This document shows, in pieces, positions 14,501 through 27,489 of a stretch of DNA of 64,000 nt (position 1 is the first letter of the stretch; each line of letters opens with the position of its first letter). The stretch covers positions 32,550,001 through 32,614,000 of the forward strand of contig CM060734.1 of NCBI GenBank assembly GCA_030704615.1, given 5' to 3'. The DNA comes from Takakia lepidozioides (taxonomy: Eukaryota > Plantae > Bryophyta). Made by a program: the position numbers and the translations under genes. The notes below the pieces were generated by a model. It ran no database searches, was not told the DNA's origin, and saw only the letters and a list, made by a program, of their open reading frames with translations.

Positions 14501-14908
14501 ACACGATCTTGCCCTTATGCCTGTTGCGTTGATTAAGAGGGTGCTGTTCAGGATTTCCGTAACTTGAAGCTTCACACTTGAAACTTGATTCCCGGTGGGT
14601 TCGAGGAACAGAGCAGGATTGTCTGCAAGCCCAGAGCTGCTGTTAGTTATGCAACTCAGCTGAAAATCTGGGAGTCCACATCCCGTACTTGTTCCGAAGG
14701 GGTATCGAATACTGACATTCCCACAGGACGGTGCGCAACCTGTCGTGTCGCTCGCTGCTGGGGTTAAAGTGGCCTGTAGCATCAGACAGAGGGATACTGT
14801 AAGCTTTGTAACCAATTTGAATCCTCTTGGCCAGAATCTCGACGAGTCTCTTAATCGGGCCGTATGACGTGGGCGAGCGTGGTGGAGCATGATAGCCTGG
14901 CCTCTCAT
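11538..14908 (-). pseudogene. Wall-associated receptor kinase (WAK-type: GUB_WAK, EGF, EGF-Ca, TM, Ser/Thr kinase), disabled
   Basis: Exon 14908-13972: CAPSCGNVSIRYPFG (GUB_WAK) and EGF YNCFCNDGYSGDGY. Exon 13200-13033: DINECLDPTLNMCAADAHCTNTPGSYICTC (EGF-Ca). Exon 12672-11538: TM, LGEGGFGKVYHG, IIHRDIKSSNILLD, DFG, TDKSDVYSFG. Lesions: in-frame TAA at 14410-14408 (FFATG*SAAG) and a 1-nt deletion at ~12341 that breaks QVNHRNLVKLLGCC. Confidence 0.85.
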
Positions 14909-15883
14909 GCAATAAGTAATCGCTCAAGATTCTCATCACCTGTGCAACTGTACTTCATGCTTCGTCCCGCAAACTGAGAAGATCAGTGACGAGATCCTAG
15001 GTATTACAATCTCGTTCACTAGCTCAATCGAACAAGATCTCACCGGATACTGACTTCAGGATACGTGAGAGTAACACTGGGCAAATCTGTAATTCTGCAC
15101 TGAATCCAGAGTGCATCTAAGAGAGCCTTAGTGCTACATCACCTACCCATCCACCATGCAATTTGTATACCAACAACCTGCTGACAAAGACCTAGGTGAT
15201 GAAGAAGATGCTGAAAAACTTTGGGAGCCATTTCAAGGCCGGCCCTCTTATTGTTTAGCCGGAACTCAAAGATGAGTGGCATCACTATGATATATGAGAT
15301 AACCCTGACCTGCTCTCCAGAGGTGCAGTCCAGAAATGCACTATAATGTTTTAAAACTGATGCGAACCACAAAGTCCTGGAACTACAAGTACCCTAAATC
15401 AAGTGAATCAAGATGAATCTAAAATTCCATGGGCTGCGTCCAGCTATGTAATTAAGTTCAAATCTAGATGACCCCATAAAACCGCTTGAAATTTTACTAG
15501 ATGTCTGTGCACTACTAGAACTCGACTATTAGAGCAGGAATCCAAATTAAATCAGGAAAGAGGAGAGAAAGAAATATCCTTGAGAGGAGACAAGTTGGCT
15601 CCGTCTCCCAGCTTGGTTTCTTCGAATCCTCCTAACTTGGTCAATGCGGCGTTGGGTACATTCTTTACTCGGGAGCTTGGTCCATACGATACACATTGTT
15701 CAACTTTTGTTGGCTCTGCATGCAGAGACTTTGCATCGTGTTGAAGTCAATGGAGAAAATGTGGTCGAAATTGTCCATACACCACCTCTGTTTTGAAGCA
15801 TTCATTGGTGTGCCTTTTTCTTTTCTGTTTCTTAATTCAGAAGAAGGAACTGAAACCAGCATAAAAAAAGGCAAGGTAAAAAC

Positions 15884-16237
15884 CAGTGTTGGGCGGTTAT
15901 TTGATTTTTTTCATAACCGGCGGTTCCGGTTGTTTCGAATTTTAGGAAACTATTAACCGCGGTTGCGGTTATTAAATTTTTTATGGCTAAATATAACCGC
16001 AGCGGTTACTGTTACTTGCAAAAACCTCAAATAACCGGCGGTTTTCATCAAATAACCGCGGGTATTGGGCGGTTCTTTAAGAGGTTTTTTGCTCGGTTAT
16101 TTGAATGCGTGACCTCCGCCGGTTCCTAACTGGACCGGATTCTTCATTTTTTCACCTCCTCCGGTCATATATATATATATAACCGGATAGGTAACCGCCG
16201 GGTATTAGAGAGAAATTCAAATAACCGCCCAACACTG
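15884..16237. mobile_element. hAT-type MITE, intact, 354 bp
   Basis: TIR CAGTGTTGGGCGGTTATTTGA ... TCAAATAACCGCCCAACACTG; perfect 8-bp TSD GTAAAAAC at 15876-15883 and 16238-16245; many internal AACCG/CGGTT subterminal motifs. Confidence 0.93.
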
Positions 16238-18099
16238 GTAAAAACTCAAAACAGCGTCACGTGCCATGAAGGCTAACATAAGCGAGGGGGCAACTGCCGG
16301 AAGGTGACTGCAGGACCACAAGGAAAAGCAGGAAAGCGTAAAGGCCAACTGGCCGCCACGCTAACAACAACCCCTACAACTAATCTCACCACTACAGAAT
16401 GGGGATATATCCATGGAACTCACGCGATTTTTCCTCGCATTTGCCACATTTTGGCTGTTTGTTGGAAAATGACGACTTGTTCATTTATGCGGCAAAGTGG
16501 TAACAAATATGGGAAAAGAATGAGGATATAAGCACGAGATACTTTCTTGAGAAAAAAATGAGGTAACAAATAAGGTAACTGTTAAAGCTTACATCAGAGC
16601 TATGTCCTTCCTTGTGGCTGGACTATCTCATAGTTGCAGTTTTGCTCTTGACACAATTTCCTACTTTGGTGTGAACTCATTGAACAATATTGTCACATTA
16701 TTAGTTTGAGCACAAGCACATCTCCCCGACATTAATGTAGTACAGCCGTGGACAGTCCCGACCAAGTGCTAACAGCCCGCTGCGGGTCACATGGCGGCAT
16801 CCCTTATATTGAGAATGAAAACCTGCAACCCCGTGCCAACTAAGTCAAATGATTAGATTAATTGGCGAGAAATGGCTTGGTGACTCTGGGAACCAGATAA
16901 TAGATGAGCCCATGAATACAAACCTTATGTGGAATGGGGGTATCATATCCTCTGGGTAGGTCAGAGTGTATACAGACTGGTAAAGAATACATTTAGGGTC
17001 CTATTATAATCCTCATTACATATGTCACTATCAATTCTTCTCACGTCCTAGTGATTCTATGTTATATCAATCTATACTGGAACCTCTCCAGTCCGCCCAA
17101 CCACCTCAACATGCATCAATCTGTCTATCAATCAATCTCTCGATCAATCCATCTCAAGATGTACTGACTTTAAAACAATGTTAGAATATAAACACATTCA
17201 TTATAGATGTAATTATTGAACCCCATTGGTTAGTAGTATCATATATCCGCCCCAGTTGTCAATTATGACGTGACGTAGCGCAACGTCGCGTCATGTCCAA
17301 AACCGACTTTCCGTCGAATAAATTTTTTTTAACTACTTTCATGCGACCCAATTTACACCATTGTTGAGATGGCGGCACACGTATACGGCAGACATTTTTG
17401 TTACGCCAAGAGATTGATATTTAATTTTTTTAATTTTTCAATTTTTAAAAAAAAAGAATGGTATGTAACTTGATGGATTTAATCGGATCTGAAAGAACCC
17501 AAGATCGGAGAAAAAAAATTGAGGTTGTGGACTGGGAAAAACGTGGATAAGTTAATGCACCAACCCATATTAGACTTGTTTTGGTAAGCAAAGAAATCAT
17601 TATTGAGAGCAACCCCCAAAATATAACATCAAAACATGTTTCAGCCAAAAATGCTAAAGGTAACAAACACAAGAGAGAAAGAATAGATACAATTGAACTT
17701 AAGCTTAAAATTGAATATCTCTACAATGAAAAATTAAAAAAATTAATTGAGAGAATTTGATCAAGAGAAGTACATTTGGTGTAGATTTTATCTGAGGAAG
17801 TTGTAACATGAACTTACATCTTTATGACTAGTCTTCTCTTTAGGGATGAGCCCAAACATAAGGCCATAAAGGATTAACAATAATGGGGTCGAACTCCAGG
17901 ACCAACCAGCTATTAATGACAATAATATAGCTAAGAACCTTGTTACCACGAATAACATAAGGTCATAAATGAATATTATTTAGTTTGATAAAATTTTGAC
18001 CATTAGACAATGGAATCTTTCTAAGCATAAAACATCACACTAGGAACAAGCCCGAGTTCTTCCAAGTTAAATCCGCTCTATCACATAAACTAAGTCAAA

Positions 18100-20460
18100 C
18101 CACGGGCACCTTTGCTAAGAGAATCCACCCTACAAAGCTCAACTTCCTCTCAATACCTAGAACTATGGAGGTGAGAGAGGCTCATGGAGGCTCAACTGTA
18201 CAAAAAGATGAGCCTCCTCAACCCTCACAAGAGGAAAACCTATCTCCATGTCCCAAGTGAGGCTTGATACCTCGCTTGGCATATGAGACCAAATGAAGTC
18301 CCAACACACAAAATACAAATATAAATATTTAAAATGTCATAATTAACTAGAAGTAGGTAATTTTAATTAACCATGATTAAAACCATGACAGTTGTCGTGC
18401 CCCTAAGCATAGTGCCACAACATACAACATTGTCCACTACACATTCTAAGCACACAATCCTAAAAAGCTATGCCACAATTGTCCCTCTTGCTGATGATTA
18501 GGTCCTCTAACACCAGATAGCCAACAAGTATTGATCCTAATTGGATCATCGATTGGTCTTTATCCACATATATCCCAATATTCTAAAGTCTATGGATCAA
18601 GAGGCCGGGTGCAAAGAGAACCCTATCGTTAGTCGTCTGCCTACAATCCATGATCTTCAATTGAGTATCCATGGCATTGAGCTCCTACCAGCTAAATCTT
18701 TGATCACTTGTAAACCTCATCATTGTCATGTCCACTATCTCTATCTAAGGCATCGTGGACACAACCATTCTCTGCTATGAACCTCCTCAAGTGGTGGTGT
18801 TAAGCGTCCCATGTGTCATCCCCTTGAGCATTTGTTACACATCAACATGGTTACGGTCCCACTAGAGCATGCCCGCATAGCAATATGCAACACAACCCTG
18901 GAGGTACAACTACAAGGTTGGGATCTATTCTTCCATCCACATGTGGAAGATGACATTGCGTATAGTTGCGCACATGGTCCTTCCATACCATGTTATCTCG
19001 ACCCTCCAGAATCAGCACTCCTTAAGGCAAACCTCCCTGACCCTTAGAATCACACGTCATGCTGTGACATCCAAGATCGTAGGTACTATCTGCTGTAGAT
19101 ACACATAGTCCCAGGATGGAAACGCCAAACCCCTGGATGAAATGCCTATTCACGAGTGGTTGCGTATCTCAATGTACTATCTTGTGTTGTGTTATGGCAA
19201 TATTCTCAATAGCCATGGGCATGACTCTCTTGAACAACTCCGTTCATTGCTCACACGCATGTGTCCACACATCTGGATCATCAAGTCGAGAACTACTACA
19301 GCCTCCCTACAAATAGATGCGGACAAATCTGGCTCTTGGCCAAAGAGAAGGAAATAATGCGAGAACGAGGCAAGTGATGCTTGCTTACTAAACCTGTAGC
19401 CCATGGCCAACCAGGGTAACTGAAGGTGTTAATCTCCCAAGTGTCCATTCTGCAAGTCATATTTGTGCAAGCCCCTCTTGAGTATTTGCACAACTCTCTA
19501 TGCCAAGCCATCAGCCTCAGGGTGATCCCGAGAAGTAGTGCGGTGATCTATCAATCCTAAAATTCTCCCATGAATTCTCTTCCCTAGCCCATGAATACCT
19601 CGGCTGGAGCACCAAGTCGGCTAAGAACTCGATCTAAGAATGCATACGCAGCCCCCTCACTTACCTTGTCAGGCAATGCTACCAATTCAATCCATTTGGA
19701 AAAATGTTTCACCATCACTAGCAGTACATACTTGTTGTGGCGCATTGTTAGTGGGAACGACCCCACGAAGTCAACGCTCCACTGATAACCCAATCCCATA
19801 ATGGATAAATGATGCAATTGTGGAGTAGGTGCATTGAAAGAAGCACGCACCCTATTACATACCATGCACCTTGTCACTAGCTGTTGTATATCCATGTGCA
19901 TGCTTTGCCACCACTACTGCATTTTACAGCAAACTATGAATGCGCCGCACCCCAAAATGTCTCAACTCCTCATGGGCATGGTGTACCAATCGCACTCGTT
20001 GTGTTGGATGAGGCACAATCCTCACTCGTCCATCCTCCCGTACCCGGAGTATGTGAGTCCCTTCTCACTTGAACCTCTTGGCCCGTTGTAGGATTCGATC
20101 TCTCTCTTTAATTAGCAGTCACAGATTAGCAGTCACAGTGGCTGATGTCTCTATGGTACGAAGGTAGGCCAACACTGCTGCATCTTCATGCTCATCCTTA
20201 ACACCACCAAGCTCCTCATGCACACTATTTACATGACTAATCCCGTGGGGTGGACCAGCTTGAGTTCCCATTGCTAGAATGCATAAAACGGCAGATGCAT
20301 GTCATCCTAGCACCATCTGCTTATCCGTCTCACCATGTCAACGAGCTCCAGTATCATCATGTTTGCTCATGCATGGATTGCGACTCAACCCATCTATATT
20401 GTATCTTTTACAACATTCTTCTTTCATAATTCTCACCATATTCCGAGGTGCCAATTGATA
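18100..20460 (-). mobile_element. Degenerate Ty3/Gypsy LTR retrotransposon: RNase H end, integrase, C-terminal PHD finger, PPT and probable 3' LTR
   Basis: Minus strand: NIDGLSRNP (~20400, RNase H end); HEELRHFGVRRIH...CMVC (integrase Zn finger); WSVDFVG...VKHFSKWIELVALPDK (core, ORF 19584-19901); broken PHD at ~18890-18745; purine tract AAGAGGGAC just before TGTGGCATAG (~18490-18477). Many stops and frameshifts. The RNase H then integrase order indicates Gypsy. Confidence 0.85.
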
Positions 20461-21022
20461 TGGCTTTTTGCTTTTTCTACTTTTAGTTTGTTGTGTCTCA
20501 AATGATACAACAATTCTTTTTCGCCATCTTCATCTTCATCCTTGCTAGTGATACAAAATCTCATGTCCTACATCCTTGACAGAAAGACAACAAAGAATAT
20601 ACAGCCCTATAATCCAGCCACTTAGAATGTCCACCCGCGGAAAATGGTAAAGATGTGAGAAAAATTCGTACTTCTTGAGGAGACCAACTACATTACCATG
20701 TCTTCAATGATGATGAACCAGCACCATGCACCTACGAAACTTTCTAGCAGGAATTGCCAGTGTATTGCAAACTTTTGGACAAGCTATGCAGTATGTGGGG
20801 ACCTTCATTCATACACTCAATACAATTTCAAATGCGATCGCAAGAAAAAATTCCAGCAAGATCAGCACCACACACTGACCCTTTAGCTTGGAAGAACAAG
20901 TGCACTGACGAGATTTGCAGATGAGAGCATCTGATAATGGGGTTCATCTCCAACAACTTTTATAAGGCCCACCATAATTGGGTAATGAATCAAAGCTAGT
21001 CTACTTGAGGGTACCTATAGAA

Positions 21023-24000
21023 TTATGAATGTTCGCATAACATAAGTCTTTCCTGGGAAAAGTTCAGCCCAGCACTTTCGAAGGGTAGATGTAAATGGGT
21101 TTCAAAGTGCCTAACTGGAAGAGGAGCAAGGTCAGCGAGAAGGGGCTCAACTGGGAGTTCTAAAGGTGGAGGCAAATCAAGCACACTATTAGGCAGCACT
21201 GGCAGTGTCTCCTCCAACAGACTGCGCACACTCTGCATACCAGGCATTCAACCATCTGAGAAAATGCAAGGATAGAAAAGAAGAAATAAGTTCTAGAGAG
21301 AATCGTAAGGGCCCATTGGACAAAGTAGAATAACAAGAAACGCACATCAACAAAAAAGAACTTGATAACATCCACTACTGGCTAGAGACACTGTAGAACT
21401 TAGTGTCCAGCATGCCTAGAATACCACTATTCCACACTTCAAAACTGGCGAGCAACACTCTCTTACATAATCTGTCTCTATCCCTTGCTGCCTCTCGGGT
21501 TTGGGAATTGTCCGAGGGTACAAATATGAGAATAAAAAGATGATCAATAATTTCATGACACCAGTTGCAGTTTATTGTACTTTTGAAGGTACAAGGCAGG
21601 ATGCTGACATGACTAACTTTTCTTTTCGAGGGAGAAAAGCCTGGGAGACTGAGTGGGTAAAATTCTACAAACCTCTGAGTGTCGTAGGGACTCGTCCACA
21701 GCTCGCCTCCACACCCCTGCACCTACTTCTGAATGAAACAGATGCAGTAACGGCTACTCTCCACCAAATGCAGCCCAACCCACACAAGTTCAGATTTGGT
21801 GATTCCGAAGTATGGAGTATCCACAATCAGACTCAATGCTTGTGGTCTCTCCAGAAAGGTTAGTCTACCACATGACTCCCTAGACAAGTAGCAAGAAAAG
21901 ATACAAGGCGAGGCACAAATCGAAAACAATATCGGGGGAGAGGGTCAAGATTGGTGTCGCATACCTTAACAAGGTGCCTGACGCTGGGCTTTTTCACCCC
22001 ATACTTATGAAGGGTCCCATCAGCATACTCGACATAATCTTCCAATATCTGCCTCCCACCCAACAGCCAGTGATTGACAAGTTCATGTCTACACTTACCC
22101 AAAAGCTTCATAACTTCCTCCATCATATCACATCAAAAAGAGTCAAAGACACTGACACAAATGCTCAAGGAAACTTATAACATAAAACTCACACATGACA
22201 TACTCCCTACTGCCCACATCCCTCTCTCAGACACCGACCTCCTGGATGTGGCCTTTCTTAAGAACTTTGTGACCTGAGTGCACTTACAGCCACATGTATC
22301 ACATCTGTTGAGCTTGGGGGTTAGAGCAGCAGTGCTGGAATTGAGGGTTTATGTCCCACAGGGACATGACCTCAAGGGTACATCATAGCCAAACTATGCG
22401 TTGAATGGTCAATTAGTGGATCTCTGACCTCCCAGAGAAGTCAGTGTAGAAGATTTACAAAATGCTGCAAGAAAGTGAAAATGAGGTAAATTTGCTTAAA
22501 ATTTCTGAGTCCAACAACACGCAAATAGACACGCCTTTTCCATCACAAATAAGTTACACATAGCTATCCACACAGGCGCAAATGGGAGGTTTAGAATTAG
22601 TGTTATAAAATGCATACCTGGCGACGAGTCAGCCCTTTGCTGGAATCTCCATAGACCACACTGTCCACATTCCCCAATGTCGCCCATGGACTGCAATCAA
22701 GCCATAAAACAGTTTTGTGCTCTTAGAAAGCCAGGAGCTTATGTTGTACTACTCCGCTACATGCAAATTCTCAGCGAATTTTGCTGGTTTTCAGCAGCGA
22801 TGATTATTCCTTCAAGGTAATTGGAGCAACAAGGTGGAAAATCTCGCGAAGGTCAACCCTGACGATAGCCCTCACATGATCATAGAAAGCAAAGGAGCAA
22901 CATATTGCATTTACTTTGGATGGTGCAATGTCTGCAACCAAATTTGTCAAGTTATCTAGTAAGCATGAAAACTATACCTGCTATATGCAGCTCGACCCAT
23001 CATCACACCATATGCACCCATCTGCAATGCTTCACACACCTACCCCAACAATATATCTTAAGAGAATAACCCTAGTTGTATCCCAACAGAGAAAAAACTT
23101 TGCCTAAGCATCACCGCTCTGCCTATATTGTGATCAGCATCAAGAAACTAGCTGTTATACAGCTTAGATAGCAAGAGACAACAGGGGGAGCAAGACAGAA
23201 TGGACAGACACACGATCGTTGAGAAGGGAGATTTGGGAGAGGAAATGGATTTCAGAGAGCAAACCTGGTGAATGTTGACAATCCCACCATTTATAGTAAA
23301 TTTTAATTTTGGGAAGTCACGAATCAAAGCATACACGTACTCGTATCTGCCACACATCCCATCCCAAAAGATTGAGCTTCTCTCCTAGGATACTTGTAAG
23401 TAAAGCCTTCAGATAAAGAGACAAATAGCAACTTCACACAAGAAACTATGAGCGATCAGTTACCAATGAACAAAGGACAACTAGCCAGACAAAGAGACAG
23501 AGGCTCAGGAAGTTGTACTGAAGCTTTTCATTTCAAAAAACAACACTCTCAGGTCATTCCCCCAAAAGCTAAGGCAAGGAAATTACTTTAGAGGGGGGAC
23601 AGTGCGGTTTGCTGCAGGGCTGAGGCCCTTTAAGAGAGCTTTGCGTGCATGGATTATGAAATGTTCCGTTGGTGATGTTGAAGCTACCGTTGAAATGAAG
23701 TTGCCTGCCCCCACAAAACACATGATCAAATGGCTGGCAAACGGCATTTCGGCACCCCAAAAATCTCTTCACACTACACACCTTTGCACATTTATGCAAG
23801 CTAATAATAAGAAGAATATAGACGTCCAAATCTTAGAGGAAATTTGGTCAAACTTCACATATCAGTATCTTTATATATCTCATCTCCTTTGAGTCATTAC
23901 GAAATAGAATACCGAGGAAATCTATCAAGCCCTACATATCTTTGGCTAACCTTGGCAGCTCTCCCTTCCAAATACATTAGAAAACAAGAGCTCCAGAGGA

Positions 24001-27000
24001 CTCACAGAGTAGCTCATAAGAGTCCAAGTCATCAACTCCAATACGGCACTTGACGGACACAGGAATGCCCGGGCAAGCCTCCGCTATGGCTGTCATAGCT
24101 TGCCCAACCAACTGGCGAACCATACATCACACAAAACAAGCCTATAAGCCACCTTAGTGCTACCTGCTAACACTGGAACAAACATGAAGTGGAGGATTGA
24201 AGTCTCCAGGGTGTTCAAATCAAGGGGGCTAAGTTCTTTGATGACTTTCATCACCGAATCGTTATTTCAGAGGTCTACAAAGACCTCTGAAATGGACACC
24301 TTTCTGCTTTCAGCTGATCCTGCTTTCCACTCCTCCTAACATAAGCCTGCAACAATAGATCAGTTGCTCATGGTCTTAAAGAGTTATGAAGAACTAAACC
24401 AACTTCAAAAAAAAGAGATAGTCAGGTAGCTGACATACCACAGGATCTAGCATGAGCTGGGCACCAAAGCAACCATGGCCCGCAACCTTATCACTTGGGC
24501 AGCCACAACTGCAAGAATATGACTACTATGAAAACAAGGAAAAAACACAAGTTACAACAAGGGCTCTGCACTCAAATTAAACAAGATTGGTGGTGACTGG
24601 CTTAATCTGGCCCACAATACAAGACCTAATTATTGACATAGTGACACAGACAGTTGCGGGATCAAACCCTTACTCTTGTTACCATGAACTTCCATGTGTC
24701 TTCAACAAACATCAACTTCGTGAGACATAGCATTCTACACTTCATCAGGGTGAATACAGTGAAAGGTAGAGGCAACATGAAAGGAGGCGTACTTTAGGTT
24801 GATTTCATCATAGCCATATGGGCTTGCCAGCTGTGCTGCCCTCAACAGCTTAGCCGGGCTGCTACCACCCAGTTGTAAGACAATTGGATGCTGTGACTCC
24901 GGGAACTCCAGTATTCTATCCTGTTTCAATCACACATTACACAGCACATCAAATGTGCCTACATACAGGGAGAGACGGGTAGAGTGAAGAGAGAGGATGT
25001 ACTCATAAGACATTGTTTGCCGTAGCCTTGTGGCCATTGACCCCACGCCCAGTTTGAGCGGAACACAAAGGGACAGAACCTACCTCTATCAGGGGCTGAC
25101 GTTGGTAGTAAGACTTACCTTGGTATAAAGCATTGATCTGGGTTTTCCAGATATCCTCTAGAAATCCCTTCACACAAGCATCAATCTGCTGTGTGTGGTT
25201 TGCCCAGTAACTAGGCCCCAGAAGGGCCTGGGCTTCTGGCTCAGCCTCGAGACTTTCAAAGTTGGTAAACAGAGGTACAGGCACAATTCTCTTGATAGAT
25301 TTGAGGAGAGCGTCTCTCTGGTGAGAGAACCCAGGACAGTGAATCAGGAAATGAATATTGTCTTCAGGTTGCCCACACAATGGGCAATTGCACTCTCCCC
25401 TTCCTCTCTGCTTCTGTTTGCTGTTCAAAGGTAGGCTTCCTGCCCTGAGTTTAAATTTCAGTCTAGTGCTGAGAGTGGGCAGACCCTTGAGGTCATCCAT
25501 GATGTCCTCCCCCATGTCATAGACTGGAAACAAGTTCAGGGAAGTTTTCTGCCTAACTTCATGTGAAGAGAGAGAGAGAGAGCCCTACAATTTTAAGTTC
25601 ATTCTGGTCTTCTAGATTCTCTCAAGAAAGCTTGGTATCACCAGGCAAAGAGAGGTGTAACGTCATTCTGTTTGAGAGGCAGAGAGAGAAGATGACAAGA
25701 GAGAAATCTATCATGTCACCGGAAACTTAGAGGGCATATGGGACACAACAGATTTCAATTGATGCATAGTCTTGAGACCATAGACTCTGCAAGCAGTGAA
25801 AAAAAGAAGATAATTGTCCCAGCTATACCATCTAAAAATCTGAAAGATCAAAGAGGGCCACACACGCCCATGTTCAAACATGGTATTTAGGTCAGCCTGC
25901 CAGGGCTTGAAATCGACACAGTGCACAGCAAACAATAAGCCAGTTTCGGGAAACTGAGGGATGCCGGGGCTGATTTGAGGACTGCTCCTCTAGCCCTCTG
26001 GCTTTCCAACAGTTGCGACTGCAGTGTCTCTGGCCTCCCAGCCAGACCCTACCAAGTAAAAAGGGCAAGTGCGAGAGGTACAGAGAAATCCTACTTACCA
26101 GATTATCCTTTTGATGATTGATGGTGTCAGCCACGACCATCTCGGTGTATAGCCAGGAACAACGGGACACAAGGCGAGCAAGGGTGCGGAAATGATTATC
26201 AGTACAGTCCATCATGGGCGCCACACTGCTCTGCAAACCCAGCTCTGTTTGTCAACTTATAAGACTTTCTGTTCTTGACTCAACTACGCCAACAGGCGAA
26301 CTTCTCTATTTTGTAACAAAATAAACCGAGACTACTAGTAACTAGTGAAGTCAATCAACCCAATTTTTTCCTCAAGAACAAAACCGTTTTCCCGAGAATG
26401 GTTTGAAAATGAAGCTTTTCTGAACTTGAAGGAAATTTCCACAGTGGCTGTGGCTTCAATATGTGGACTATGCCACCCCATTTGCTTGTTAAAAACCTAC
26501 ACCTAAAGCAAGAGCTGCACTGCGAGTCTATAAAGCAGGAAGACAGTGACATGGCACAATTGAGCTACAAAAACGATAAGAAGAACCCAGAAGTTGAGTT
26601 CCAAATGCATTTCTTGCAGCCCAGACAAATCAAAGGAGTATCAGCTCCTCATCGCAGCCTCCAGTTTGGATCAGTACATGGCACTCGTCACACAATATGC
26701 AAGGAAGGTATAAGACCTTTGCTTGAATTCAGGGCTGTCATATGCTATGGCAGTATAAGATTTCCTAAAAATCGGCAAGGATCAAAACGCTGAACTAAGC
26801 ATGCCTCAGCAAGGCACAGTACAATCTCTGCACCTCAGCTGAGTGGAACCAAGCCTACCGCAATGTATGTTGATTATACCCCCTGTTCATTTCTCAGTAC
26901 CCAAAATTGTCTGGGTACAGGTCTGTTAGAGGAATGCGGTCGACCGACGGAAGCCCACAGTAAGCGTCCTTGAATCTATCGCAATTTGCTAGCCTTCCAT

Positions 27001-27489
27001 CAAGGGACAAAACCAAAAGACGGCAGGGATCTCTTCTTCTTCTTCTTCTCTCTATTAGGCACTTCGTCTCCAACGATTGATAGCCGGGGACCTACTCCAC
27101 CGTTTTCATGTTTGCTCTAGTTTGTTCCAGCATTCTTGTCCGAAGGTCTATGAGCTTCAAGCGGACGCTATAAAGTTTCTATCTTTCTTTCTCACTCTGT
27201 CTCTCAAATTTCACCTGAACCGGGGAGGCGGGTGCAAATCTTTCCGTTGGGAGCTCTGCAGATCATCAGGTACTCTTGTAATCTCACTTGAAAAAGCAGA
27301 AACAGTCATAGGGCGCGAACATCGCCACCATGGCACGATACTTGAGGCCGCAAACAGATTAATTGGGCGCCACACGGTGTTGGGAAGGGAACAGTAAGGC
27401 ATAGTGAGACAAGTGCACGTTGGTGTCAGCCTGGGCAGAGTAGAATGCGCCATATGCAGCAGACCCAACCTGCTTGCAAGCTTATACAT
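21023..27489 (-). CDS. tRNA-dihydrouridine synthase, DusA-like (FMN-dependent), probably organelle-targeted; about 12 exons
   Basis: Spliced exons give PPPRF|SVAPMMDCTDNHFRTLARL...LYTEMV, PIVLQLGGS...YDEINL|NCGCPSDKVAGHGCFGAQLMLDP, PVSVKCRIGVDD, HFIIHARKALLKGLSPAANRTVPPLK, FTINGGI, GVMMGRAAY, PLLHLFHSEVGAGVWRR, SVRSLLEETL...CEHS*. The Ser/Thr/Arg-rich N-terminus resembles a transit peptide. Confidence 0.93.
24996..25562 (-). mobile_element. 5'-truncated non-LTR retrotransposon (C-terminal CCHC/zf-RVT-like region) with 12-bp TSD, in a DUS intron
   Basis: ORF 25533-25003 contains [14 protein letters not shown]...CPLCGQPEDNIHFLIHCP, typical of a LINE ORF2 C-terminus. Direct repeat GTGAAGAGAGAG at 24984-24995 and 25563-25574, at the edge of a (GA)n tract. 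Confidence 0.88.
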
